The notes under the pieces: model-generated
Database searches by the model: none
Told to the model about the DNA's origin: nothing
What the model saw: the letters and a program-made list of their open reading frames with translations, nothing else
Shown: positions 27,291 through 38,682 of the stretch, piece by piece
Layout of the letters: each line of letters begins with the position of its first letter
Position numbering within the stretch: position 1 is the first letter of the stretch
From: Amoebidium appalachense
Taxonomy: Eukaryota; Protista; Ichthyosporea
Assembly (NCBI GenBank): GCA_963693365.1
Contig: CAVNZM010000002.1
Span: forward strand, 17,207,615-17,271,614
Direction: 5' to 3'
DNA: 64,000 nucleotides
Position numbers and translations under genes: made by a program

Positions 27291-29755
27291 TTATCAATAA
27301 GAAAATGAAAATTTTCACCCAGTGTCTCCGCACAGCACTAGAAGCAACAGCACGTTAAAGTAAAGCCAGTGGAGGAGATCCAGACGCCAAGCACCCTTGC
27401 AGGTAAAAGAGTTTGCAGAAAACACCGGAGGATGCTGCCAGAGCTTTCTCAATAACACCAAAAAGCCATTTACGTAGGTTTCCTTGTTTATGTAGGGGCA
27501 ACTTATATGCATAAGAAGTAAGCAGACAAAAGTGAGCAGACAAATAAACCGGCTTTCAAAGACTCCAGTTGCTTAACATGAACTTTCCAACAAGCGTCTT
27601 CCCCGAAGCGTCCGAAACAACAGGTCAGCTCTACTGCAGCACACAGACGTAAACACAGATAAACGTCTGTGGAGGACGCATAATCGATAAACTCACCGAA
27701 ATCTGGCCGAAATGGCGTTCCCAGTTGAAGAATATAGAAGCAGTGTGTTTATCGCGTTAGTGAAACAGGTGAAAAACTGATGGAGGGACACGCGACAAAG
27801 ACCTTTGAAAACGAAAAAGAAAGGGGCTGTTTTGGACGTTGCATAGCAGAATGAATATGGTGGAATGTTTAGTGTGTGATTTAGAGCCAATAAAACGTGG
27901 AAATGTAGAGGCTTCCTGAATGGCCTATGATTACATCATTAGATAAAAGAAGAAAAACGCATAGTAAAAGCACTGTTTTTCGTATAAAACAGTACATATA
28001 TAGCTATACTGAATCATATTTGAATAAGTAGAACATCTAAGAACTACCTATACGTTTGTCATTATTTCTCAGTTGGTACATACATTGTATCTGCCAGTCG
28101 TTTATGGGCCGGCGATTTTGCTTGTTGCCGTTGTGATGGTATAGCCAAAGTGCGGACTTCATAAGAGCACATGGTAATTTCTATTGGATAAAGGGCTAAG
28201 ATTGTATTCAAACATGGTTATTTATAGATTTTATAGCTAACAATTTGATACAAATCATGTACACAAAAAGACATAATATGCAGCAATGACATTTCACCAA
28301 TAGTTGTGTACATAGTTGCATCTGACCAATCATAGCTCACTGTTTCGAGCCCGCCCATGATATCAGTCCCGTGCAACTTGAAGTCGAACCCGAAACCAGC
28401 ACGCTTCGTCGGCATATGTATGAAAGATTTAGGTGCAATATACTTGCTTTTGCCCCATGGCCATAGGAGTTGTCCCCCTTCTCTCCCTTCTCCCCCCCAA
28501 ACCACCAACTCCCCCCTCCCCCCCCCCCCCCCCCCCCCCTTTCCCCCCTCCGCCGCCCCCCCCCCCAAAAACAAAAAACAAAAAAGAAAACACCCCCTAT
28601 GAAGCCCCGCCCCCCCTCCCCCCCCTCCCCCCCCCCCCCCCCCCCCTCGACTCACTCCCCCCCTCCTCCCCCCCACCCCTCCACCCTTCACCCAACCACC
28701 ACCACCACCACCACCACCACCACCATCACCACCACCCACCCACCCCCCTCAGCTCTCTCCCATGCACTTCTCCACTCCGATTTCTGAGAGACCCTGCCTG
28801 TCACACACAGAGGCCGCCACTTCACATATAACCGTTGGCATGGTACTGTTTGCACTCCTGACTACCCCTAAAACACAAGCCTGAGTTTCGTCTCTCTAAG
28901 TTAATCATCGAGTAAGAGTTCTATGTATGACTTATTACCGGGTATTTTACCAGATCTCTTCTGCTATATCACAGATCCGGAGGTGTACCGTAAACAAACC
29001 TCATATGCATACCGTGGCAGTGGAGGTTTTACATAGTGCTTTGACAGTTAGCATTTCACAGTACTCAACCAACATGGGAGCGCCGACACGGGGCAACTTT
29101 GCTTGTACTCTTCGAGCCTACGGTGCCCGTAAGTTGTCGTCATGTTTTTCCAAAGTATGCGGCAAGCAAAAGCATCTTGGAGACGGCACGAGTCAAGTCG
29201 TTCGGATGGGGAGTGATCACATTATAATTAGGTGAGCAAGGACCCACAGCATAGAGAGCAGCCAAATTTATGTGCGAGTTTTATGCGTAACTCGAATTGT
29301 GGGGTGGGGTGGGCATAAGGATGTCACAGTCTTTCAACAAACAAACTGCCGGTACAGTATTTACATGCTTCAACACACTTTTCGCAAATTTGCTCAGCCA
29401 TACATAAAGCGGAACTCAGATCAGGGTCCACTTACAATTCATTAATCATACAAGGTCTGACTTGAGTGAAGAAAATACTACAGCTCTTGAATATTCCTTA
29501 CTGGGGTATCGTGAACAGACTCGAGTTGAGGCGAAACTGTAAGTACGACTAAGACAAGCTCATACAAAAGCTGAATAAACTTTAAAGACGAACTGGGTGC
29601 CTGGTGTACAAAAAACACACCGCAGGACACATTAGTAACAGCAAAGCAAAACAATACGTAAGAACAAAACAACCAGCAGCAACAGGTCCTGGCCACCTGC
29701 ACCCTCACTATCTCTGTGAACTATTCAAGTTCACGAGCAGCCGACTTCAACATCA

Positions 29756-31171
29756 TTACGCATCAACAACAGACTCTGAGTTTAGCACCGTTGACTTTCT
29801 CGGTGCCTTCTTAGCCTCTCCGCTCTGTCTTTCGATCTCCCCCGCTTCGAGGGGCGCAGCACTGACCACCACCACGGGATCCTCTGCGTGGTCCTCATGT
29901 TGTGGCGGTGCACCCAGGACCATAGGGTGGGGCCGAGGGGGAGGTGCATGTCCCTCACGGTCTGTGGTGGAGTGTGTGCTCTGGTACACGGTGTGCAGGT
30001 GCACGTAGCACAGCTGGCACACCAGGCTGTCTACTGCGTGCACTAAAACACACATTCGCATAACCATCACCCATCCAACGGACATGATAATGGTTCCGGG
30101 CTGCACGTAGCACCATGTCAAAAGCGCCAGTGTGGTGGTCGTGAAGGTGCCGAATCCGCGGACGTTCAAGTGGAAATCCGAAAAACGAAGGTTGACTTTT
30201 TTTGTTTTGAGAAAGTAATAGAGCATGGGGATGAAATAGAGTAGAATGATGAGCCACACGGTCGACAGGAACACCCACACGATGTTGTAGTCTGTGTTGC
30301 ACACAAAGTGCCATACTAGGAGCCCCACGGACGAGAGGGCCGATACCGGGAAAACGAAGATACCGATGGTCATAAAGTGGGTCTTCTGCACCTGCAGTGC
30401 CCGCTTGTCAAATATCAAGTACAAGATCCGTGCGCGCTGCACAAACGCCGAGCAAAACGCACACGTGAAGAATATGCCAACACATCCGGCGCCTGCCATA
30501 ATGTATCTCAACTGGTTGCGCATTTCGTTCAGTGCGGCCTTGTTTGTTGGGTTGATGGTCTCGGGGGTGAACAGCAGGCAGCCGTTAGCCAGCACGGCCA
30601 AGTAGGCCGCTATGGCCCCCATGGCCCCCACATAGACCTGGGCTATGAAGTAGTAGCCCCGTGACTTCACCGCCGGGTGATGTCTGTTCAATATGGCCCC
30701 TATGACGATCAGTGTTGCTATGGCGACTACCACCATGGATGCTATGAAGTGCACCTTCCACAGAAACTTGCCTGCGTTCTTGGCCACCTTGTATGCTTGG
30801 TCGAACTGCTTCACCTGCGCAATAAGCTCGGGCAGAAGTTTAACCTTATCCGGGCCCGGAAGACTCGCGAAAGTTTCTGAGGCTCGCCTCAAGTTGTCCC
30901 CTGCAACGAGCACCGTGTATGCGGGGTATTCGGGAGTGTGGTTGTAGGACATAAACATGAGCACCGACTCAGCCGCCAGAACCGCCATGCACAGGAGGCC
31001 GAAGAAAAACCACGTGCGCAGGTGGTAGTGGGCGGCAAAGCGGGCCTCGATAGCCGTGTCGGGAAGATGGAGTGCATCGTCCCAGTCTTTGCCGGGTATT
31101 ATGAAGTTGACTTGCAAACTCTGCCTAGACACCCGTGGTTGGATGTTTGTGCTTTCTCCTGGTCGAAACAT
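29756..31171 (-). CDS. Multi-pass membrane protein, class C (GABA-B/mGluR-like) GPCR 7TM-like, 471 aa, intronless
   Basis: About 8 hydrophobic segments. Loop motifs RHHPAVKSRG (ICL1-like), RARILYLIF (end of TM3) and KTKKVNLRFSD (cf. class C KTRKVPxxFNE). The start codon may be downstream of the ORF start. Confidence 0.7.
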   Translation of the reverse strand: MFRPGESTNIQPRVSRQSLQVNFIIPGKDWDDALHLPDTAIEARFAAHYHLRTWFFFGLLCMAVLAAESVLMFMSYNHTPEYPAYTVLVAGDNLRRASETFASLPGPDKVKLLPELIAQVKQFDQAYKVAKNAGKFLWKVHFIASMVVVAIATLIVIGAILNRHHPAVKSRGYYFIAQVYVGAMGAIAAYLAVLANGCLLFTPETINPTNKAALNEMRNQLRYIMAGAGCVGIFFTCAFCSAFVQRARILYLIFDKRALQVQKTHFMTIGIFVFPVSALSSVGLLVWHFVCNTDYNIVWVFLSTVWLIILLYFIPMLYYFLKTKKVNLRFSDFHLNVRGFGTFTTTTLALLTWCYVQPGTIIMSVGWVMVMRMCVLVHAVDSLVCQLCYVHLHTVYQSTHSTTDREGHAPPPRPHPMVLGAPPQHEDHAEDPVVVVSAAPLEAGEIERQSGEAKKAPRKSTVLNSESVVDA

Positions 31172-31998
31172 GGTTGTGCTAGTCTAGCCAGTGGAAAAGG
31201 GAAGAGAGGGAGGGTGACAAAATACCATTGCAATGTCTCAGCATGCGTGCGTTTGCGCGTGGCTGGGGTTAACAGAAGGCATGGAAATGGTGTGTTTGCT
31301 CTGTCTCTCTAATGGTAGTAGTTGGTAACACTATCGCGCGCATAGTACTTGTTCTCGGTGGTTCTTTTGCTATATATTTGTCTGTAGTTGTAGCTTTACG
31401 TTGCAGCCAAGAAACAGCACGGCATTCTTCTGGGACACTACACTATGTAGTGTGGAAGCCAAAAGGTTGCTTGAGTTTGCCTGACACTATTTGGAGAGGA
31501 TATCCGGTGAAGCGGGAAACTTTCTGGAAGTGTGCCTACATAGAGAAAGGCTAAAGTGTCGCACGGAAACATCGTCACACACAGTAATCACCAACCATGT
31601 TGGCTTGCTTCAGATCTAGAGGTGAGGCTTCACGGACGTGCGACTGTGGGCGCCCCCAAAAGTAAACAAATTCACGCTAGGTTAGATAGCCGAACTTCGG
31701 TTAAAAATGCTGAGGAATAAAGATCTATTACGTCAAGCAAGTGTGTCTTCAAGATGGAGGAAAATTTGTGATAGATACAAGGTAATTTTCCGAAATCACC
31801 GTCATTTCTATGTGATTGTATATTCCCTTTCTTCTCTGGGGTTTACACACTTTTTATTGCGTGGACATTGCCGGAGGCCCAGCCACATTCGACGGCCTAC
31901 TGCGTTTTCCAGCACAGCCAATCAAATGCAGCCAGTGACATATGTACATGCTAGGCAACAATGAGCGCCATCGTAGTATCTGACACCCCTATTACATA

Positions 31999-34900
31999 TT
32001 ATGGGTAAGCAGATGCTAGCATCGGTAGCTCCGACAGAAAGTTAAGGCACCGGATCACAATATCATACTGTGCAGCATTAATAAGGTGATCTAGGATAGT
32101 CATCTTAAAACGGATATATTGAGGAAGAGATGAAGAAAAGAGAATAAAACCGCCAATAACCTCCGGTTCTAATACATTAGCTAACAGGTTGCATTTATTG
32201 ATAGATATGCAGCCGCGAGTAAACCGCCCCCCACACATATTACACATACGAGCAGGAGACACCAGAAACCGATTACACCGCCAAGCCATAATCATCTTTG
32301 CGTTTTTACACCACACCACATTACGAATAAACGAATCTATGTATGAACGAGACTCTCTAACCGTATCCGCCATATAGGCTACTAGTAGTTGGTGTTTGTG
32401 CGGTCCTAACACCGGAAGGGACTCAACACGTAGAGTAAAAAGATATCTATCAGCCATAGACTTGAAACTATTCATATTCACACTATGATCTAGCCGTACC
32501 TCCGGGGGGGTCGCCAGCCATTCCACATAGCGCTCGGCAATGGGCAGAGACGATGGGGAAGGGAAGAGGTACAGGGGCGAATCCGGCGGGGATGCGTGTA
32601 GCCGGAAGAGCGGGTGGTCCGGGGCACAAGCGGACAGGCGGGTGATGTGCTCGTGAAATTTAAGGGCTAATTCGTGTACGCGTTGTGATGGTGGTGTGAG
32701 TGCGTAGAGAGAATCAAAAAGGCGTCTAGGGATAGGTGTGGAAAGACCAGTGAGAAACATACAACAAGTTGTGTAATGGAAATCATCTAATGATTTGAGG
32801 ACATTAGTAACAGTATCAGGGGGTGCCATAGCTAGTAAGGGCAACCCGTATTCCGACAAAGGGCGAATATATGTGCGAAATATACTAAGACGATTGTATA
32901 GGTGGACAGTATGAGAAAGAGTAGCAAGATACACATCCCGAAATAACCGAAGACACCTGCCTGCACTCTCCACCCGACGGTCGATCATCCGTTTGAAACA
33001 TATGCCCCATTCGTCCACCGGAATCCCCAAATACTTGTATTCGATTGGGCGAGGGAGGGGACTGCCGAAAATACAAACGTCGTCCCATGCCGGTATCGAT
33101 TTTGATAAAAGGGCACACTTTTTGACATTAATCTGCATATCGTTGCGCTGGCACCAATGTTCAACCACACGAATGTATTGCCGTAGTTCGAGAGGATCGG
33201 ATGACATAAGCACAATATCGTCGGCAAAAAAGAGGGCGGGAGGAGCCTGGGATGGCAACCCCCCGTCAATTTGTGCCGCAGAAAGAGTGTCGGCTAAATC
33301 ATCAATATACAGGTTGAAAAGAAGAGGACTTAGCAGGGACCCTTGAAGTACCCCGCGCGTGCGGGTAAACCCTGGGGATAGCCGCCCATTAACCACCGCT
33401 CGTCCGCGTGTAAACGTAAACATAGCTTCCAGTAGCCGACCCATTTGGAATGGGACACCGCGAGTGGCTAACTTGGCCCACAGGCGAGGGAGGTCGACCG
33501 TGTCGTACGCGTTCTTAAAATCGATAAATACGAGGTGCTCGGTATCACTTTGAGTTGTATTATGTAGAGTGAGGATTTGTGCGTAACATGAGTGTCGATG
33601 CCGAAACGCCGCCTGAAGAGGGCTCAGCTGGGAAGCCTGCTTAAGGGTGGGGTTACGGGAAAAGGCCTGTAAAAGGCCACTTTCGAATAATCGGCGAAAA
33701 ACGGACGTAAGGGTGATAGGGCGAAATTCGTGGATGGGACCCTGTGCAACCGTTTTCTTGATGGGAAACACTAAGGTGGCTAGCCACTCCGAGGGCACTT
33801 TACCGACATCAGAATACCAGCTAAACAACTCGCTAAGAATACATGTAAGTGGTGGCGGCGGGCCACGCTTTTCGTCTTTCTCGGGTCGGGGTGGGATGAG
33901 TACCTTAAGTAGTGCCATAGGGATGCCGTCCGGCCCGCACGCTTTGCGGGACGGGTAACGGGAGACTAACTGCCATACCGCATCTGGGGTAAAAAGTTCC
34001 CCCAATTCCGCCCCAAACTCAGCCGGCCCCGCTGGCCACGCCGTGTGTGGTGGTGGTGGTGTGTCGGAGGGTGGAACAAAAACAGGAGGGGGCGCCTGCC
34101 CCAGGTCCGTGGCCATACATGTCGGGTTACGTTTAAACAGGGTGCCGTAAAAGGAATCGGTTGCAGATTCCGGGTCGGATGACGGGTCGGCCGTTATTCG
34201 AATCGAATGATCGCCGCGATCAATCTTCCGAATATTACCCAATAGCATGTGATACGGTAGAGGCTTACGTAAGGCAGCCTCCGCTCGAGGGCCGCGAGTG
34301 TGTGTAGTTCGTGCTTGTGGGTAAACTTGGGCACCTAAACAGGCATATTCACCTATGTCCCACAAGGTTTCTCGTACTGTAGACCAGACGCTATCGATGA
34401 AGGTCTGGTCGGTGCGTAGTGGGGTTTGGCGTCCATCACGCACAAGCGATAATAGACTCGGTTGCACCGTCTCGAAAAAGAAGCGAGTGTCTGCTTGGCC
34501 GCGCTGGCTTTTAAGTTCGCGTACGTTAAGTCTGTAAGTGTGTTGTGGTGACGGCGTAGAAAGGCTAAGTGTAGTGCGAAAGACTATAGGTAGGTGGTCT
34601 GACGGTGGGGGGTGTAGGTTGTGGTGTATGTGTAAGGTGCAAGGACCAGAGGCTGCCCCCCAGTCCGTGCGGTGTTCTTGTACTACAGATGGAAGAGTAA
34701 GGCGTAAGGCTGTAACAAAAGTGTGAAAGGTTGGCGTGCGTGGGTGGTTGGGTTTAAGTAGGGCCTGTGGGTGGCCGTGTAGGGGGTGTGGGGTGGTAGT
34801 TAGCGGGCTATTAAAGTCTCCTAACACTAGTGTGGGGTTATGTGGGGCGATGGTGTTAAGCTCGTGTTTAAGTGCTAGAAGTGGAAGGCTAGGTGGAAAA

Positions 34901-35202
34901 TAAACAAAAGTGCATATATGGCCACAAACTGAGATGGTGAGTGTGTGTATTGTACGTGCTATAACTGAACAGTGGTTAACAAAGTGGTAGGCGGCGATGA
35001 ACACTATGCCGGAGTGAGGCTTGTGGCCCACAGGCTGAGTAGACTCGCCGACGAGCCGTCCAGACCGACGGAGTGTGGCGTGGTCTCGCCACCACGTTTC
35101 TGCGACAACAATAAACGGGAACTCCTGTTGGGGTAACGAAAGAAGAAACTGTGCTTTACTCTTATTTAGACTACGAGCATTCCAGAAAAGAAAGGAGAGC
35201 AT
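31999..35202 (-). CDS. Non-LTR retrotransposon ORF2: AP endonuclease + reverse transcriptase + Cys-rich C-terminus, 1067 aa
   Basis: APE motifs WNARSL, AETW, VYFPP, LGDFN, SDHLP. RT motifs ACGPDGI, FRPITL, QAAFR, FIDFKNAYDTV, GVLQGSLLSPLLFNLYIDDL, FFADD, YKYLGI. C-terminal CNMC-x7-C-x5-C. The reading frame is uninterrupted. Confidence 0.95.
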   Translation of the reverse strand: MLSFLFWNARSLNKSKAQFLLSLPQQEFPFIVVAETWWRDHATLRRSGRLVGESTQPVGHKPHSGIVFIAAYHFVNHCSVIARTIHTLTISVCGHICTFVYFPPSLPLLALKHELNTIAPHNPTLVLGDFNSPLTTTPHPLHGHPQALLKPNHPRTPTFHTFVTALRLTLPSVVQEHRTDWGAASGPCTLHIHHNLHPPPSDHLPIVFRTTLSLSTPSPQHTYRLNVRELKSQRGQADTRFFFETVQPSLLSLVRDGRQTPLRTDQTFIDSVWSTVRETLWDIGEYACLGAQVYPQARTTHTRGPRAEAALRKPLPYHMLLGNIRKIDRGDHSIRITADPSSDPESATDSFYGTLFKRNPTCMATDLGQAPPPVFVPPSDTPPPPHTAWPAGPAEFGAELGELFTPDAVWQLVSRYPSRKACGPDGIPMALLKVLIPPRPEKDEKRGPPPPLTCILSELFSWYSDVGKVPSEWLATLVFPIKKTVAQGPIHEFRPITLTSVFRRLFESGLLQAFSRNPTLKQASQLSPLQAAFRHRHSCYAQILTLHNTTQSDTEHLVFIDFKNAYDTVDLPRLWAKLATRGVPFQMGRLLEAMFTFTRGRAVVNGRLSPGFTRTRGVLQGSLLSPLLFNLYIDDLADTLSAAQIDGGLPSQAPPALFFADDIVLMSSDPLELRQYIRVVEHWCQRNDMQINVKKCALLSKSIPAWDDVCIFGSPLPRPIEYKYLGIPVDEWGICFKRMIDRRVESAGRCLRLFRDVYLATLSHTVHLYNRLSIFRTYIRPLSEYGLPLLAMAPPDTVTNVLKSLDDFHYTTCCMFLTGLSTPIPRRLFDSLYALTPPSQRVHELALKFHEHITRLSACAPDHPLFRLHASPPDSPLYLFPSPSSLPIAERYVEWLATPPEVRLDHSVNMNSFKSMADRYLFTLRVESLPVLGPHKHQLLVAYMADTVRESRSYIDSFIRNVVWCKNAKMIMAWRCNRFLVSPARMCNMCGGRFTRGCISINKCNLLANVLEPEVIGGFILFSSSLPQYIRFKMTILDHLINAAQYDIVIRCLNFLSELPMLASAYP

Positions 35203-35204
35203 GC

Positions 35205-35492
35205 TTACTGGGAGTTGGCTGGTGCGGCGGTGGGGTCGTAGGGCTTGCTGAAGACCTGCACGTGCTGAGCCTCCCAGTAGGCACGCACCTCAGCTGCTGT
35301 TTTGGCCCGGCTGTCGTGTGCCGGGTAAAGTGTGGCTGCCTTGACAGCCCATGCATGGGCGTTGGCCATTCTTGCAAGCACCCGGCGTTGCCAAGAGGCC
35401 CGGGCAGCGGCCTCTGCATCAACACGGTTAAGTGTGGTGTTGTAGGGAGCCGTAGGATCGAAGTCTGCGAGAAAGGTGGCGAAGTTAGCCAT
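35205..35492 (-). CDS. Short ORF1-like reading frame upstream of ORF2 (95 aa from MANFATF; may be 5'-truncated)
   Basis: The stop TAA is followed by GC and then the ORF2 ATG. The product is Ala-rich and helical-looking with no recognisable gag/CCHC/RRM motif. The frame stays open up to 35690. Confidence 0.5.
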   Translation of the reverse strand: MANFATFLADFDPTAPYNTTLNRVDAEAAARASWQRRVLARMANAHAWAVKAATLYPAHDSRAKTAAEVRAYWEAQHVQVFSKPYDPTAAPANSQ

Positions 35493-35941
35493 GCCGGATC
35501 GGCACATGCTAAAGTCTCGCATATATCGGCAGTGAACGGTGATCATATTTTCATAAATGGCACCTTTGGGATGCTCCAAACTTTTGATTGAAGAAGTTTT
35601 GTATGTGTCACACGACGTTGCACGATGCTGCGCCGATGCATATGTGCGGTGACTCCTTTTTTTTTTTTTTTTTTTTTTTGGAACAGACAATCAATAAGTG
35701 CAGCCCTTTGCCTCCAACGACATCTTTCTTGCCTTTTGGCTCTCCTGACTGGTAAATTAATCTTCTTTCTCAATGCTTACACTGACAATAAAAACACAGC
35801 CAGTCACACCACCAGCAGACCATCATAGCTGTCACCGTGCTAGCTGCTGACTCACCAGTGTGTCACACTCACGGCGGATTCTGTCATGTGCACGGGATCA
35901 CGTGCACGTGCCCTGGCCACGTCAGTGACGTCACGGCGTCA

Positions 35942-36178
35942 CTGGGCTGTGAATTTGTGAAATTTGGCGGTTTCAAGTGGCCACAGATTTGTCCCTAAAT
36001 TGTCCCTGTTTTTTATGATGTTAGGCCCACCAATTTTACTAGCTCCATTATAGCTAGGATTTTTTTTTATCAAAAAGAACTTCTAAAACGGTTGGCGTCT
36101 TTAATAAGGGAATCCAGGCAGGGGATCAAATGCCAGGTTGAAATGGCCGTGCCAGCCAAAAACGGATTTCATACCCTG
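35942..36178. mobile_element. MITE with CAGGGTGTGAAA-type TIRs (diverged copy 2)
   Basis: ctgggctgtgaa ... tttcataccctg, with internal blocks collinear with 8569-8783. Confidence 0.5.
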
Positions 36179-37115
36179 CGCGCCTTGCGGACAGGCTGAT
36201 TCGCTTACGACAGTTTAGGGGGTTTCAGCTGTGGTGCGTCGTACGCGAATCAAAATGCGGTCTTGTATAACCACTTGTGCAATGCTTCGCTGTGATTGGC
36301 TACTATATCCGAAGTACTGTCCTGATTCATTGCTTTCCGAAGGCAAATCTAAAGCAAATAAAAGAATACTGGAAATGAATAATACTTCTAGCATTAGTGC
36401 GTGAGCTGTACACCAAAATTTAGATTTCTAGTGTACACCAAAAGTTGATGCATCACGATGGGCCCCAGCACATCGCTCATGAGTCCACTCCAGGCCCGGC
36501 CGTAACTCACCTAATTACCTGACCAGATCACCAGAGACTCCGATTAATGCACCAATCATTGAACACCAAGTTGAACAAGTATTAGGGACGCCGAGTTACT
36601 AATAACTTACTATGCAGGTATTCTACCGTGAACTGTGCTATTTAATCTTTCTTGTCATTACATATATTTGCGTGTGCGTGTGTGTGTGTGTGTGAATATA
36701 TATGAGCACACATATATATATTTCCCGATCCAGGAATCTGCCTTCGCAGAGCTGACAAGTCGCGCTTTCGACTCGGATCATGGCAAGGTGGGCCAACGAA
36801 ATTGCCTAACCCTGCAAAAACTCTTGCACTTTGTTATGTATTATGATTCACACGAGACAAGAGAACGCCATTTCGTCTTGTTAAAGGCATATAAGACTAA
36901 TATTTCCAAGTTAATTCCAAATATGTCAAAATGTGGGCAAAATTCGTTCGCTATGAACTGCTGTGACACTTGTTGCGAGTCGAGTTGTGCCGAGAAAAAC
37001 TAATCTTTGGTTAGTACCCCCTAGTTAGGGAGATCGCTTTTGGAGGTATAAGAAGGGACTCGCGGCAGCAGTGACACACACAACCAGCTGATACCGAGTG
37101 TCCCGAGGGGAGCCC

Positions 37116-37170
<55 letters not shown>

Positions 37171-37696
37171 GGGGAACCCCAACTAATTGATTTCTCCTTG
37201 TAGTCTTTATGGTGTCTCGTAGAGAAAGTAAACCCTGATATATAGTCACCACCCGACATCTATGTACGTGATCATGATATACCGCTGAGGGGATATTCCG
37301 AGCAAAACCCCCCCCCCCCATACCTGAGACTGGTTCTCTTTGCCTCGAGTAAACAGCGTAAACCCCAGTGTCACATAGGAACTTCCGAATCCCTGCAGCT
37401 GCTTGGCCGACCGTCTGTCGAACTCGCTCGACGTTCCAAAGTAATGATGCATTTTGCGCAAGGAGAACTTCAACCTTGGCTGCTTCATCGAACTGCTGCA
37501 AGTTTTGTAACAGCAACTCGGGTACAGTCACGACAGTGTGCACGGTATCAGAAATAATCAATGCACATTTATTGGGCGCTCCCTCCGACCAAAAATAGAT
37601 GAACACCTGGCCAGATAGACCAGCTGTAACCAAGTTATGGCGCCACTTACAATGCTAACCCGGTCCTCCCTAGGCCTTCCTCCCCTCGCTCCCTCC

Positions 37697-37736
<40 letters not shown>

Positions 37737-38128
37737 CCCCCTCCCTCCAATTCAGAGTCTCCTTTAGCCAGCTTAGCTCCCTCCCTCACGGTCTCCCTCC
37801 CCTCTCACCCCCCCACCTCCGCCCCCTCTCCCGGCCCGGGCCTCCTTCCTCGAGCTCCTCCTCCTCCCCACACCGTGCACACCCACACGTGCACGAACAC
37901 CAGACTAAATTTGACCAGCCCCTCTCTCCCTCCTTCCCCTTGGGGGCTGTGGAGCGAGGGGCTGCAGCTGGCTACAATTCTTTCGTTTTTCTCTATCTTT
38001 TTATAACAATAGTATATTCCAACCCGTGAGAGCCTGACTGAGGAGCTTCACAGGGAGAACCCACCAAATTTGAAATTCCACGAATCGTCACGCAGTGCTG
38101 GGTGCCAACTGCCGCTGTCAGCCCCCCC

Positions 38129-38161
<33 letters not shown>

Positions 38162-38308
38162 ACCCACCCACCCTTTCCCTCCCTCCCGCCCCCGGTTCAT
38201 CAACATACACACACATACACACATGTTGGCACAAACACACACACACACACACACTACACACTATTATACACACACACACACGACACACACACAGACGCAC
38301 ACACACAT

Positions 38309-38544
<236 letters not shown>

Positions 38545-38638
38545 TAGGCAGATACGAGCTAGCACACTCTCAGATTGTGGAAAGAATTACGTGTAACAGG
38601 TGACAGGACAACTGGGCGCATACTTAATAATGATTAGT

Positions 38639-38682
<44 letters not shown>

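Larger units (their letters stand above)
31954..35503 (-). mobile_element. LINE-like element (boundaries tentative)
   Basis: Microsatellite-free 3.5-kb block containing ORF2 and a short upstream ORF. A candidate 8-bp TSD ACATGCTA sits at 31946-31953 and 35504-35511 but could be chance. No poly(A) tail is seen. Confidence 0.6.

Noticed and set aside
31930-31998. Shared 3' end between the LINE and the poly(C)-ended element
   Set aside because: There is only a weak ttgcct..gcatgt resemblance, not at the element's terminus.
36730-37633. Exon-like pieces (ESAFAELTSRAFDSDHGK on +; PELLLQNLQQFDEAAKVEVLL on -)
   Set aside because: I could not assemble a consistent gene model or recognise a family; possibly decayed coding sequence.
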